From: Escherichia coli
Lineage (GTDB): Bacteria; Pseudomonadota; Gammaproteobacteria; Enterobacterales; Enterobacteriaceae
NCBI RefSeq assembly: GCF_024502345.1
Contig: NZ_JALDNN010000001.1
DNA: 64,000 nt
Direction: 5' to 3' (one strand)
How positions within the stretch are numbered: position 1 is the first letter of the stretch; each line of letters begins with the position of its first letter. This document shows, in pieces, positions 1 to 11,593 of this stretch. Below the pieces are notes generated by a model that worked only from the letters and a program-made list of their open reading frames with translations, made no database searches and was not told the origin of the DNA. The position numbers and the translations under genes were made by a program.

Positions 1-546
1 CATCAGACGGTACGGGACGTTTGAGTTGGTGATGTTTCCGCCATCTACGCCTGTTCCGTACAGGACATGTACAGCCTCATTGCCGTAATCTTTCAGGATC
101 CGCCGAAGATTATCACTGATGGTATCCAGGGCTTCGTCCCAACTTATCCGTTCAAATTTACCTTCACCGCGCTTGCCGACGCGCTTCATGGGATATTTCA
201 ACCTATCAGGATGATTCATCCGTCGGCGGATAGAGCGCCCGCGTAAACACGCTCGAACCTGATGATTACCGTAGACGTCGTCACCTGTCGTATCAGACTC
301 CACCCAGTACACGGTGTCATCTTTCACATGCAAACGTAACAGACAGCGGCTCCCGCAGTTAACGGTGCAGGAACTCCAGACCGCTTTCTCTTCTACCGGA
401 GCCTCTGCCGCCCGGACCATTTGGGAAAATGGCAGAGTGAAAGCACTGCTTGCCAGCGCAAGACTGCCAAGTGCGGAGGTTTTCATCAGACTTCTACGGC
501 TGATTTCAGCCTTCATGAGCGCCTCTGTGGTATGGATTTTCATCAT
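1..546 (-). CDS. ynfF: DMSO reductase-family molybdoenzyme catalytic subunit, N-terminal part only (3' end lies beyond the window start)
   Basis: Minus-strand translation from ATG at 546 gives MMKIHTTEALMKAEISRRSLMK... with twin-arginine Tat motif and N-terminal Cys cluster; paralogous to the adjacent ynfE; RBS-like gagtaATGATG. Confidence 0.85.
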   Translation of the reverse strand, partial: MMKIHTTEALMKAEISRRSLMKTSALGSLALASSAFTLPFSQMVRAAEAPVEEKAVWSSCTVNCGSRCLLRLHVKDDTVYWVESDTTGDDVYGNHQVRACLRGRSIRRRMNHPDRLKYPMKRVGKRGEGKFERISWDEALDTISDNLRRILKDYGNEAVHVLYGTGVDGGNITNSNVPYRLM

Positions 547-603
547 TACTCACTTATTGCTTTTCAAACAAAATGTCATGCCAGAATTTATGGTTGTCGT
601 GGG

Positions 604-3030
604 TTATATTTTTTCGATCTCGACCAGATTAGTGTGCTGCGGGTTTCCCTTCGCCAGTGGTGAAGGGCGCAGAGTGGTTAGCGTATTCACACAGCCGCCA
701 TGGTCGATTTTATCGCCAGACATATTGGCCTCGTGCCAGGCTCCCTGGCCCATAGCGCTAACTCCAGGGAGAATACGTGGTGTTACTTTGGCTGGTAGCC
801 GAACTTCGCCACGATGGTTAAACACCCGCACCATATCGCCGTTGGCAATCCCACGTTTCTGCGCATCTATAGGGTTGATCCACACCTCCTGACGGCAGGC
901 AGCCTTCAGGAGATCAATATTGCCGTAGGTCGAGTGAGTACGGGATTTGTAATGGAAACCAAACAGTTGCAGTGGGAAGGTTCTACGTTCAGGGGAGTTC
1001 CAGCCTTCAAAGGTTGAGGCATAAACTGGCAATGGGCTTATCACTTCATCTTTTTCCAGTTCCCAGGTACGGGCAATTTCCGCCAGCCTGCTGGAATAAA
1101 TTTCAATCTTACCGGAAGGCGTTTTAAGTGGATTTGCCTCGGGGTCGTCACGAAATGCTTTGTAGGCGACAAAATGGCCATTGGGATCTTTACGCTTATA
1201 GATACCCATTTTTTTCAGTTCGTCGTAAGACGGTAACGCCGGATCTTTGGCAAGCATTTTGGCGTACAGATGTTGTAACCATTGTTCCTGCGTGCGACCT
1301 TCTGTGAACTTTTGATAGACGTCAGGTCCAAGACGTTTCGCGACTTCACTCAGGATCCAGTAAATCGGTTTGCGTTCGAATTTTTCGCTGGTGACAGGCT
1401 GGAGGAAAATGAGATATCCCATGTTACCGGCGTAGTCGTTAGGAATAATATCTTCCTGCTCAACGGTCATCAGGTCTGGCAGCAGAATGTCGGCATATTT
1501 TGCCGATGAGGTCATAAAGTTTTCGATGACCACAATCATTTCGCATTTCGATTCGTCCTGCAGAATTTCATGCGTTTTGTTGATGTCAGAATGCTGATTA
1601 ACGAGGGTATTTCCCGCGTAGTTCCAGATGAACTTAATGGGCACATCCAGTTTATCTTTGCCGCGGACGCCGTCGCGGATTGCCGTCATTTGCGGACCAT
1701 GATCGATAGCATCTGTCCAGCTGAAGCAGGAGATTGACGTTTTGACCGGATTATCCAGCACCGGCAGGCGTTCTATGGTAATGGTATAGGTCGATTCACG
1801 CGCGCCACTATTTCCGCCGCTGATGCCGACATTGCCCGTCAAAATAGGTAACATAGCAATAGCGCGTGCAGTCAGTTCGCCGTTTGCCTGGCGTTGCGGC
1901 CCCCAGCCCTGGCAGATATAAGCGGGTTTTGCTGTGCCAATTTCACGCGCCAGTTTGATGATACGGTCTACCGGGATACCGGTAATTTGCGAAGCCCACT
2001 GCGGCGTTTTCGCTGTGTTATCATCACCTTCACCAAGAATATAGGCTTTATAGTGACCATTTTTGGGTGCATCTGCGGGTAAGGTTTTTTCGTCATAGCC
2101 GACGCAGTATTTATCGAGAAAAGGTTGATCAACGAGATTTTCGTTAATCAATACCCAGGCAATACCCGCAACCAGCGCGGCATCGGTGCCCGGGCGAATA
2201 GGGAGCCATTCATCTTCACGACCAGCAGCCGTATCGGTATATCGCGGATCGATAACAATCATTTTGGCGTTCGATTTCTCGCGCGCTTTTTCAAGAAGAT
2301 AAGTGATGCCACCGCCGCTCATGCGGGTTTCTGCCGGGTTGTTACCAAACATCACGACCAGCTTGCTGTTTTCAATATCCGTGGTGCTGTTGCCATCATT
2401 ACTGCCGTAGGTGTAGGGCATGGCACAGGAAATTTGCGCGGTGCTGTAGGAGCCATACTGATTGAGTGAACCGCCGTAGCAGTTCATCAGGCGTTTGACC
2501 GCCGAGGCTGATGGCGAAGAGCGGGTCATATTGCCGCCAACGATCCCCGAAGAGTACTGAATATATACAGCCTCATTGCCATATTGTTCGACGGTTTTTT
2601 TCAGGCTACTGGCGATAGTATCCAGGGCTTCATCCCAGCTAATCCGTTCGAATTTGCCTTCACCGCGTTTACCCACGCGTTTCATTGGGTAATTCAAGCG
2701 ATCGGGATGATTAATACGCCGGCGGATGGAGCGACCGCGCAAACAGGCGCGTACCTGATGGTTGCCGTACTCATCGCTGCCGGTATTGTCAGTTTCCACC
2801 TAGGTCACTTCATTATCTTTAACATGTAGACGAAGTGCACAGCGGCTACCACAGTTGACGGAACAGGCACCCCAGACCACTTTTTCGCGGGCCTGTTGTA
2901 CCGCTGCTGCTGCACTGCGCAGGGTAAACGGCAAAGAAAAACCGCCTGCAGCCAGCGCCAGAGAACCTATCGCGGTAGATTTAACGAGTGTTCTGCGGCT
3001 GATGCCCACCATTCGTTCATTTTTGGACAT
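604..3030 (-). pseudogene. ynfE: DMSO/selenate reductase-family catalytic subunit YnfE, interrupted by an in-frame amber codon at 2802..2800
   Basis: ORF track gives two same-frame contiguous ORFs (2800..3030 Tat signal + Cys cluster; 604..2799 molybdopterin oxidoreductase body) separated only by TAG; paralog in window has TGG at aligned codon. Confidence 0.8.
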
Positions 3031-3228
3031 AACTCACTCCCTGTTCTTTATCGTTATATAAAAGTTTATATATTGAATATTTAGCGCGCTAACAATAGAG
3101 GGAGTCTACCCATTTTGGGTTAAGAATTATTAATCCATATCAATAGAAGGGTATGAGTAATAAGGTGGGATTATGTTGTATGTTCAAATCGCCGGATGTG
3201 TCGTATCCGGCGTTCAGTCGATAATGTA

Positions 3229-3534
3229 TTACTGCGGTTCGGCAGGCGCGCCATCCTGGGTAGACTGCGCGGGAGCAGAGACGTTACCGCTGGTGGTGCG
3301 GGTGTAGAGAATTTTATGCGTATCATTAGCACAATGCCCGACGACCTGGGAATCAGGCTGATCAACCTGGTCATTGGGTACAATACTTAACGTGAAGCTG
3401 CTTTCGGGTACGCCATTATTGATAATGCGCTGTGATATATCGCTCTGTATGCGCTCACAGGATCCCGGCGCGGCGAGTACCGCGGGTGAGGCGAGGGCGA
3501 GCAGAAGCGCGGCACAGCAGGTTGAGAGTTTCAT
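3229..3534 (-). CDS. ynfD: small secreted protein YnfD (DUF1161)
   Basis: ORF 3229..3576; internal Met gives 101-aa product MKLSTCCAALLLALASPAVLA... with signal peptide, matching remembered YnfD. Confidence 0.8.
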   Translation of the reverse strand: MKLSTCCAALLLALASPAVLAAPGSCERIQSDISQRIINNGVPESSFTLSIVPNDQVDQPDSQVVGHCANDTHKILYTRTTSGNVSAPAQSTQDGAPAEPQ

Positions 3535-3641
3535 CATAAGCTCCTTACGCGAAGATAACTTCTTTAAGCATAGCATTTAACGTGTAAAGTACTGTATTTG
3601 CTACTATGATTGAGAATCATCTCTACTCTCTGGTGACTGTT

Positions 3642-4352
3642 GTGAAATACAAATTACTACCATGCTTACTCGCGATATTCCTCACAGGATGTGACCGCAC
3701 AGAGGTAACACTTTCATTTACCCCTGAGATGGCCAGTTTCTCTAATGAATTCGATTTTGATCCGCTGCGTGGTCCGGTAAAAGATTTCACTCAGACATTA
3801 ATGGATGAGCAAGGTGAAGTGACGAAACGTGTTTCTGGGACTTTGTCGGAAGAAGGCTGTTTTGATTCACTCGAATTACTGGATCTGGAAAATAATACCG
3901 TGGTCGCTCTGGTACTGGACGCCAATTATTACCGTGATGCCGAGACGCTGGAGAAGAGAGTACGTTTACAGGGAAAATGCCAGCTAGCAGAATTACCTTC
4001 TGCCGGGGTGAGTTGGGAAACCGATGATAATGGCTTCGTGATTAAAGCCAGCAGCAAACAAATGCAGATGGAATATCGCTATGATGATCAGGGTTATCCA
4101 CTGGGTAAAACCACGAAAAGTAACGACAAAACATTATCTGTCAGCGCCACGCCATCAACGGACCCGATCAAAAAATTAGATTACACAGCGGTTACTTTAC
4201 TGAATAATCAACGAGTTGGTAATGTAAAACAGAGCTGTGAATATGACAGTCACGCCAATCCGGTGGACTGTCAGCTGATCATTGTTGATGAAGGAGTAAA
4301 ACCCGCCGTCGAACGGGTTTACACCATCAAAAATACGATCGATTATTATTAA
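3642..4352 (+). CDS. ynfC: UPF0257 lipoprotein YnfC
   Basis: ORF 3606..4352; lipobox LTGC; GTG at 3642 gives the 236-aa MKYKLLPCLLAIFLTGC... form; start codon uncertain (ATG 3606 alternative). Confidence 0.75.
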   Translation: MKYKLLPCLLAIFLTGCDRTEVTLSFTPEMASFSNEFDFDPLRGPVKDFTQTLMDEQGEVTKRVSGTLSEEGCFDSLELLDLENNTVVALVLDANYYRDAETLEKRVRLQGKCQLAELPSAGVSWETDDNGFVIKASSKQMQMEYRYDDQGYPLGKTTKSNDKTLSVSATPSTDPIKKLDYTAVTLLNNQRVGNVKQSCEYDSHANPVDCQLIIVDEGVKPAVERVYTIKNTIDYY

Positions 4353-4354
4353 TG

Positions 4355-4915
4355 CTATTGTGCGGTCGGCTTCAGGAGAGTCTGACCCGGTGTTTTGTGC
4401 TCTGCCAGATACTGATGCTGGAATATACACATGCGAATGGCATTACGATATTGACCATTAATAAAGAACTCGTGCATCAATTCACCTTCAACCGTAAAGC
4501 CAAGCTTGCGGTAAATGTGAATCGCTTTTTCATTCTCTTTATCGACGATCAGATACAGCTTATAGAGATTGAGAACGGTGAAGCCATAGTCCATTGCTAA
4601 TTTGGCGGCACGGGTTGCCAGACCTTTCCCCTGATACTCCGGGGAGATAATTATCTGAAATTCTGCCCGGCGATGTACATGGTTAATTTCCACCAGCTCC
4701 ACCAGACCGGCTTTTTCGCCGTCACATTCCACCACAAAGCGTCGTTCGCTCTGATCGTGAATATGCTTATCATACAGATCAGAGAGTTCAACAAAGGCTT
4801 CGTAGGGTTCCTCAAACCAGTAACGCATCACACTGGCGTTATTGTCGAGTTGATGTACATAGCGTAAATCTTCACGCTCCAGCGGGCGTAGCTTAACACT
4901 GTGGGCGCTTGGCAT
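4355..4915 (-). CDS. speG: spermidine N1-acetyltransferase
   Basis: 186-aa [44 protein letters not shown]... matches SpeG (GNAT family). Confidence 0.95.
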   Translation of the reverse strand: MPSAHSVKLRPLEREDLRYVHQLDNNASVMRYWFEEPYEAFVELSDLYDKHIHDQSERRFVVECDGEKAGLVELVEINHVHRRAEFQIIISPEYQGKGLATRAAKLAMDYGFTVLNLYKLYLIVDKENEKAIHIYRKLGFTVEGELMHEFFINGQYRNAIRMCIFQHQYLAEHKTPGQTLLKPTAQ

Positions 4916-4949
4916 AACGTGTCCTTACATTCCTTAAATCAATAACAGG

Positions 4950-5291
4950 TTAGGGGGTAATAACGCGGCCAGTTCGACGGTCCAGGCAGCGCAAAGTATT
5001 TGGCTCCCAGTAGGCATTGATGTTGGCGCTTTGCTCACATTTATCGCGGTTATCAAAAGCGGCGTCGGCTTTATCCCACTCTTTTTCAGTGCGTTTATTC
5101 ACTTTCTGACGCAGATTGCGCGTGTCATTCCATTGCTCTTTTTCCATAGCGGCGTGCTGGCGGCTTTGTGCACTGTCGCCAGACTCAATCACCAGTTTGT
5201 TAGTTTCGGCATGAACAGTTGTGCTCAGTGCCAGTGCGCAAGGCAGCAGAAAAGCGAGCAGGCCGATTCGTTTGCTGAGAGTGATTTTCAT
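4950..5291 (-). CDS. ynfB: UPF0482 secreted protein YnfB
   Basis: 113-aa ORF with N-terminal signal peptide; position between speG and ynfA as in K-12. Confidence 0.85.
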
Positions 5292-5425
5292 AATTCATTC
5301 CCTGTATGAATGATTAAAGGTGATTCTACACCATCCACTGCGAACGCAAAACGTACCAGGAGGGTGTTTATATTGATGATATTATGTCGCCCTATAACTA
5401 TACATGATGTCAATAAGTGACAAAG

Positions 5426-5752
5426 ATGATTAAAACAACGTTACTATTTTTTGCTACTGCGCTGTGTGAAATTATTGGATGCTTTCTGCCCTGGTTGTGG
5501 TTAAAACGAAACGCCAGTATCTGGCTGTTGCTTCCGGCGGGGATTTCACTGGCGCTGTTTGTCTGGTTGTTAACGTTGCATCCAGCGGCGAGTGGGCGTG
5601 TTTACGCGGCTTATGGTGGCGTTTATGTCTGCACGGCGTTGATGTGGCTGCGCGTTGTGGATGGCGTGAAACTGACTCTTTATGACTGGACGGGTGCGTT
5701 GATTGCGCTTTGCGGCATGTTGATCATTGTTGCGGGCTGGGGGCGCACGTAG
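5426..5752 (+). CDS. ynfA: UPF0060 inner-membrane protein YnfA
   Basis: ORF 5417..5752; Met at 5426 gives 108-aa [26 protein letters not shown]... four-TM small membrane protein. Confidence 0.85.
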
Positions 5753-5957
5753 GAACATAAATCCATTTTATCAATAAGATAAGAGGAAGTGTCAGCTGAC
5801 AAAAGGTATTCTATTTCATCTTTTGTCAACCATTCACAGCGCAAATATACGCCTTTTTTTGTGATCACTCCGGCTTTTTTCGATCTTTATACTTGTATGG
5901 TAGTAGCTCAGTTGCGTAGATTTCATGCATCACGACAAGCGATGCAAGGAATCGAAC

Positions 5958-7172
5958 ATGAAGATCGTAAAGGCTGAAGTTTTTGTTACCTGTCCGGGGC
6001 GTAATTTCGTCACATTAAAAATCACCACTGAGGACGGTATTACGGGCCTTGGGGATGCCACCCTCAATGGACGTGAGCTTTCCGTGGCCTCTTATTTGCA
6101 GGATCACCTTTGTCCGCAGCTTATTGGTCGCGATGCGCACCGTATCGAAGATATCTGGCAGTTTTTCTATAAAGGTGCTTACTGGCGTCGCGGTCCGGTT
6201 ACGATGTCGGCCATTTCAGCGGTTGATATGGCGCTGTGGGATATTAAAGCCAAAGCTGCCAACATGCCGCTTTACCAGTTACTCGGCGGCGCGTCTCGTG
6301 AAGGGGTGATGGTTTATTGCCATACCACCGGTCACAGTATTGATGAAGCTCTGGATGATTATGCCCGTCATCAGGAGCTGGGATTCAAAGCCATCCGCGT
6401 GCAGTGCGGAATCCCTGGTATGAAAACCACCTACGGCATGTCGAAAGGTAAAGGTCTGGCTTATGAACCCGCAACCAAAGGACAGTGGCCGGAAGAGCAG
6501 CTGTGGTCGACGGAGAAATACCTCGATTTCATGCCGAAATTGTTTGACGCGGTACGTAACAAGTTTGGTTTTAATGAACATTTGCTGCATGACATGCACC
6601 ATCGCTTAACGCCTATTGAAGCGGCGCGCTTTGGTAAAAGCATTGAAGATTATCGCATGTTCTGGATGGAAGACCCGACGCCTGCGGAAAACCAGGAATG
6701 CTTCCGTCTCATTCGCCAACATACCGTCACACCCATCGCAGTGGGTGAAGTCTTCAACAGCATCTGGGACTGCAAACAACTGATTGAAGAGCAACTCATC
6801 GATTATATCCGCACCACGCTGACCCATGCAGGCGGAATTACCGGTATGCGCCGGATTGCCGATTTTGCTTCGCTGTATCAGGTACGTACTGGCTCACACG
6901 GTCCTTCCGATTTGTCACCAGTCTGCATGGCTGCGGCGCTGCACTTTGATCTGTGGGTCCCCAATTTCGGTGTCCAGGAGTACATGGGTTATTCCGAACA
7001 AATGCTCGAAGTCTTCCCGCACAACTGGACTTTCGATAACGGCTATATGCATCCGGGAGACAAACCGGGTCTTGGCATCGAATTCGATGAAAAGCTGGCG
7101 GCGAAATATCCCTATGAACCTGCTTATCTGCCAGTCGCACGTCTGGAAGATGGCACGCTGTGGAACTGGTAA
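5958..7172 (+). CDS. rspA: starvation-sensing protein RspA, mannonate dehydratase-like enolase-superfamily enzyme
   Basis: ORF 5925..7172; ATG at 5958 gives [40 protein letters not shown]... (404 aa). Confidence 0.9.
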
Positions 7173-7183
7173 GGAGTAAGGTA

Positions 7184-8203
7184 ATGAAAAGCATTTTAAT
7201 TGAAAAACCGAATCAACTGTCGATTATCGAACGTGAAATACCCACCCCGTCAGCGGGTGAAGTACGAGTAAAAGTGAAACTTGCCGGAATTTGTGGTTCA
7301 GATAGCCATATTTACCGTGGGCATAATCCTTTTGCGAAATATCCGCGCGTCATTGGTCATGAATTCTTTGGCGTCATTGATGCGGTGGGTGAAGGTGTGG
7401 AAAGCGCCAGAGTCGGTGAACGCGTTGCTGTCGATCCGGTGGTCAGCTGTGGGCATTGCTATCCGTGCTCTATAGGTAAGCCGAACGTTTGTACGACACT
7501 TGCTGTATTAGGTGTGCACGCTGACGGTGGTTTCAGTGAATATGCCGTGGTTCCGGCAAAAAATGCGTGGAAAATTCCTGAAGCAGTGGCCGATCAATAT
7601 GCGGTGATGATCGAACCTTTTACCATTGCGGCTAACGTTACCGGTCATGGTCAACCGACTGAAAATGATACCGTTCTGGTTTATGGTGCCGGTCCAATCG
7701 GCCTGACGATCGTTCAGGTATTAAAAGGCGTCTATAACGTTAAAAATGTGATTGTTGCCGATCGCATTGATGAACGACTGGAAAAAGCGAAAGAGAGCGG
7801 GGCAGACTGGGCGATTAATAACAGCCAGACACCGCTTGGCGAGATTTTCGCTGAAAAAGGCATCAAGCCGACATTAATTATCGATGCGGCTTGTCATCCT
7901 TCTATCCTGAAAGAGGCCGTAACGCTGGCTTCTCCAGCGGCACGTATTGTATTGATGGGCTTCTCCAGTGAACCGTCTGAAGTGATTCAGCAAGGAATTA
8001 CCGGAAAAGAACTCTCTATTTTCTCTTCACGCTTAAATGCAAATAAATTTCCGGTTGTTATCGACTGGTTAAGTAAAGGGTTAATTAAACCAGAAAAATT
8101 AATTACCCATACGTTTGATTTCCAGCATGTTGCTGATGCCATTAGTTTATTTGAACAGGATCAAAAACATTGCTGCAAAGTCTTACTCACTTTTTCTGAA
8201 TAA
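7184..8203 (+). CDS. rspB: starvation-sensing protein RspB, Zn-dependent alcohol dehydrogenase family
   Basis: ORF 7160..8203; ATG at 7184 after aggagtaagg RBS gives MKSILIEKPNQLSII...; GHE..G and Cys ligand motifs; 339 aa. Confidence 0.9.
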   Translation: MKSILIEKPNQLSIIEREIPTPSAGEVRVKVKLAGICGSDSHIYRGHNPFAKYPRVIGHEFFGVIDAVGEGVESARVGERVAVDPVVSCGHCYPCSIGKPNVCTTLAVLGVHADGGFSEYAVVPAKNAWKIPEAVADQYAVMIEPFTIAANVTGHGQPTENDTVLVYGAGPIGLTIVQVLKGVYNVKNVIVADRIDERLEKAKESGADWAINNSQTPLGEIFAEKGIKPTLIIDAACHPSILKEAVTLASPAARIVLMGFSSEPSEVIQQGITGKELSIFSSRLNANKFPVVIDWLSKGLIKPEKLITHTFDFQHVADAISLFEQDQKHCCKVLLTFSE

Positions 8204-8260
8204 TACCAATAACGGCGAGTAAGTAGTACGCATCTTACCTCTTTTTTAGAGATAACCATT

Positions 8261-9628
8261 ATGACAATAGAAAAACATGAAAGAAGCACTAAGGATTTGG
8301 TGAAAGCAGCAGTATCGGGATGGCTGGGCACTGCGCTTGAATTTATGGATTTCCAGTTATATTCGCTCGGCGCAGCGTTAGTGTTTCATGAAATATTTTT
8401 TCCTGAATCATCAACGGCAATGGCGTTAATTTTGGCAATGGGAACCTACGGTGCAGGTTATGTGGCGCGTATTGTCGGAGCATTTATTTTCGGCAAAATG
8501 GGCGACAGAATAGGGCGTAAAAAAGTGCTCTTTATTACCATCACCATGATGGGGATCTGTACCACCTTAATTGGTGTGTTACCGACCTATGCACAGATTG
8601 GTGTTTTTGCCCCCATCTTGCTGGTGACGCTGCGTATTATTCAGGGGTTGGGTGCAGGTGCGGAAATTTCCGGTGCCGGTACGATGCTGGCGGAATATGC
8701 ACCAAAAGGTAAGCGCGGAATTATCTCCTCATTTGTAGCTATGGGAACTAACTGCGGAACCTTGAGCGCAACGGCAATCTGGGCCTTTATGTTCTTCATT
8801 CTCAGTAAAGAGGAACTGCTGGCGTGGGGATGGCGTATACCGTTCCTGGCGAGCGTTGTCGTGATGGTCTTTGCTATCTGGTTACGTATGAATCTGAAAG
8901 AAAGCCCGGTCTTTGAGAAGGTTAATGACAGCAACCAACCCACAGCAAAACCTGCACCTGCTGGTAGCATGTTCCAGAGCAAATCCTTCTGGCTGGCAAC
9001 AGGGCTGCGTTTTGGTCAGGCGGGTAACTCCGGGTTAATTCAGACTTTCCTTGCAGGCTATTTAGTGCAGACGTTATTGTTTAACAAAGCAATTCCAACA
9101 GATGCATTGATGATTAGTTCGATTCTCGGCTTTATGACCATTCCGTTCCTTGGTTGGTTATCCGATAAAATTGGTCGCCGGATCCCGTATATTATTATGA
9201 ATACCTCCGCGATTGTGCTGGCATGGCCAATGCTTTCTATCATTGTAGATAAAAGCTATGCCCCGAGCACCATTATGGTTGCACTGATTGTGATTCATAA
9301 CTGTGCGGTGCTGGGATTATTTGCTCTGGAAAACATTACCATGGCAGAAATGTTCGGCTGTAAAAACCGCTTTACCCGGATGGCTATTTCTAAAGAAATT
9401 GGTGGTCTTATCGCTTCCGGTTTTGGTCCTATCCTGGCGGGTATTTTCTGCACCATGACGGAATCCTGGTATCCGATCGCCATTATGATCATGGCATATT
9501 CAGTAATTGGTTTAATCTCTGCGCTGAAAATGCCAGAGGTGAAAGACCGTGATTTAAGTGCGCTGGAAGACGCTGCGGAAGATCAACCGCGTGTTGTAAG
9601 AGCTGCGCAACCTTCCAGAAGTCTGTAA
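8261..9628 (+). CDS. ydfJ: MFS metabolite:H+ symporter YdfJ, apparently intact
   Basis: 455-aa ORF with ~12 predicted TM segments; located immediately after rspB. Confidence 0.8.
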   Translation: MTIEKHERSTKDLVKAAVSGWLGTALEFMDFQLYSLGAALVFHEIFFPESSTAMALILAMGTYGAGYVARIVGAFIFGKMGDRIGRKKVLFITITMMGICTTLIGVLPTYAQIGVFAPILLVTLRIIQGLGAGAEISGAGTMLAEYAPKGKRGIISSFVAMGTNCGTLSATAIWAFMFFILSKEELLAWGWRIPFLASVVVMVFAIWLRMNLKESPVFEKVNDSNQPTAKPAPAGSMFQSKSFWLATGLRFGQAGNSGLIQTFLAGYLVQTLLFNKAIPTDALMISSILGFMTIPFLGWLSDKIGRRIPYIIMNTSAIVLAWPMLSIIVDKSYAPSTIMVALIVIHNCAVLGLFALENITMAEMFGCKNRFTRMAISKEIGGLIASGFGPILAGIFCTMTESWYPIAIMIMAYSVIGLISALKMPEVKDRDLSALEDAAEDQPRVVRAAQPSRSL

Positions 9629-9716
9629 ATCCTCAATCCCTTCTCTTACCGGAGAGGGGATTTTTATTCATATAACAAAACATATAGCTTGCCATATTTA
9701 TATTTAAGGAATTGTT

Positions 9717-11177
9717 ATGGGAAATAATTTGTTATCAGCAAAAGCGACACTCCCTGTTTATGATCGTAATAACCTGGCCCCAAGAATTATTCATTTAGGC
9801 TTTGGTGCATTTCACCGTGCGCATCAGGGCGTGTATGCCGATATTCTTGCTACAGAACATTTCAGTGACTGGGGATATTATGAGGTCAACTTAATCGGCG
9901 GCGAACAGCAAATTGCCGATTTACAACAGCAAGATAATCTTTATACCGTTGCGGAAATGTCGGCCGATGCGTGGACGGCTCGCGTCGTTGGCGTCGTTAA
10001 AAAAGCCTTGCACGTACAGATGGATGGCTTAGAAACCGTGTTGGCTGCGATGTGTGAACCGCAAATCGCGATTGTCTCTCTGACAATCACCGAAAAAGGG
10101 TATTTCCACTCTCCGGCGACCGGACAGTTAATGCTCGATCACCCGATGGTCGCTGCCGACGTGCAAAATCCCCACCAGCCGAAAACAGCAACAGGGGTGA
10201 TTGTTGAGGCGCTGGCCCGCCGTAAAGCGGCAGGACTTCCCGCATTTACCGTCATGTCATGTGACAACATGCCAGAAAACGGTCATGTTATGCGTGACGT
10301 TGTCACTTCATACGCGAAAGCTGTTGATGTAAAACTGGCACAATGGATCGAAGATAACGTGACTTTCCCATCAACAATGGTGGACCGTATTGTGCCCGCA
10401 GTGACAGAGGATACGCTGGCGAAAATCGAACAACTTACCGGTGTGGGCGATCCTGCGGGCGTTGCCTGTGAACCTTTCCGCCAGTGGGTAATAGAAGATA
10501 ACTTTGTTGCCGGACGTCCAGAATGGGAAAAAGCGGGAGCCGAACTGGTTAGTGATGTGCTGCCTTATGAAGAGATGAAGTTGCGCATGCTCAACGGCAG
10601 TCATTCATTCCTGGCGTATTTGGGTTATCTTGCTGGATATCAGCACATTAATGACTGCATGGAAGATGAACATTATCGTTATGCGGCGTATGGCTTGATG
10701 TTGCAGGAACAAGCGCCGACGCTGAAAGTGCAGGGCATTGATTTGCAAGATTACGCTAACCGATTAATTGAACGCTATAGCAACCCGGCGTTACGTCATC
10801 GAACCTGGCAGATTGCGATGGATGGTAGCCAGAAATTGCCACAGCGGATGTTGGATTCTGTTCGCTGGCATCTGGCGCATGACAGCAAGTTCGATCTGCT
10901 GGCGCTGGGCGTCGCGGGTTGGATGCGTTATGTCGGTGGTGTTGATGAACAGGGAAATCCGATAGAAATCAGTGACCCACTGTTACCTGTTATTCAGAAG
11001 GCTGTACAAAGTAGTGCCGAAGGGAAAGCGCGCGTCCAGTCATTGCTGGCGATTAAGGCAATCTTTGGTGATGATTTGCCAGACAATAGCTTGTTTACTG
11101 CAAAAGTGACGGAAGCGTACTTGTCTTTATTAGCGCATGGCGCGAAAGCGACCGTGGCGAAATATTCCGTGAAGTAA
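9717..11177 (+). CDS. ydfI: mannitol dehydrogenase-family oxidoreductase YdfI
   Basis: 486-aa ORF; N-terminal Rossmann [10 protein letters not shown] motif typical of long-chain mannitol/mannonate dehydrogenases. Confidence 0.85.
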   Translation: MGNNLLSAKATLPVYDRNNLAPRIIHLGFGAFHRAHQGVYADILATEHFSDWGYYEVNLIGGEQQIADLQQQDNLYTVAEMSADAWTARVVGVVKKALHVQMDGLETVLAAMCEPQIAIVSLTITEKGYFHSPATGQLMLDHPMVAADVQNPHQPKTATGVIVEALARRKAAGLPAFTVMSCDNMPENGHVMRDVVTSYAKAVDVKLAQWIEDNVTFPSTMVDRIVPAVTEDTLAKIEQLTGVGDPAGVACEPFRQWVIEDNFVAGRPEWEKAGAELVSDVLPYEEMKLRMLNGSHSFLAYLGYLAGYQHINDCMEDEHYRYAAYGLMLQEQAPTLKVQGIDLQDYANRLIERYSNPALRHRTWQIAMDGSQKLPQRMLDSVRWHLAHDSKFDLLALGVAGWMRYVGGVDEQGNPIEISDPLLPVIQKAVQSSAEGKARVQSLLAIKAIFGDDLPDNSLFTAKVTEAYLSLLAHGAKATVAKYSVK

Positions 11178-11205
11178 AAAAAGCAATGCCGCCATCGGCG
11201 GCATT
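11175..11205 (-). terminator. intrinsic terminator of ydfZ (9-bp stem aatgccgcc/ggcggcatt followed by U-tract on minus strand)
   Basis: Perfect hairpin 11185..11205 with A-run 11175..11181 on plus strand = U-run after hairpin on minus strand. Confidence 0.6.
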
Positions 11206-11212
11206 CACACAC

Positions 11213-11416
11213 TTAGTTCATGCCGAGACGAATCAGGTCCAGAGGTGCCAGTTTCTCTTCACAACCTTCAACAACTACGGTTTTTCCGCGGCGGATTTGC
11301 TCAGCGGTCAGACCTTCAGTATCAATCGACAGGATCTTGCCAGTGTGACCGGTGCCGCTAACCATAACACGGCTGCCAGTGGTGATTGCGTTACGGTTAC
11401 GATCGTAGGTCGTCAT
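11213..11416 (-). CDS. ydfZ: small protein YdfZ (putative selenium-binding, DUF1471-like)
   Basis: 67-aa [48 protein letters not shown]... matches remembered YdfZ. Confidence 0.85.
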
Positions 11417-11593
11417 AGGTGTTTTCTCCTTTCTGATTTACAGTCGAAGCCCACGTAACGGGCGCAATATAAATACTCCTGTCGAGTGAAATATTTTTTG
11501 TTTTTGATCAAGCTCACATCTTTTTTGATGCATGCATGAGCCGTAAGGCGGGGGGAAAAGCCTCTCATCCCGGATGGGATAAGAGTAAATGAA

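Noticed and set aside
1282-2469. Plus-strand ORFs (1282..1509, 1894..2082, 2125..2469 and others) inside ynfE
   Set aside because: Antisense to a long, well-supported minus-strand coding frame with clear molybdoenzyme similarity; typical shadow ORFs.
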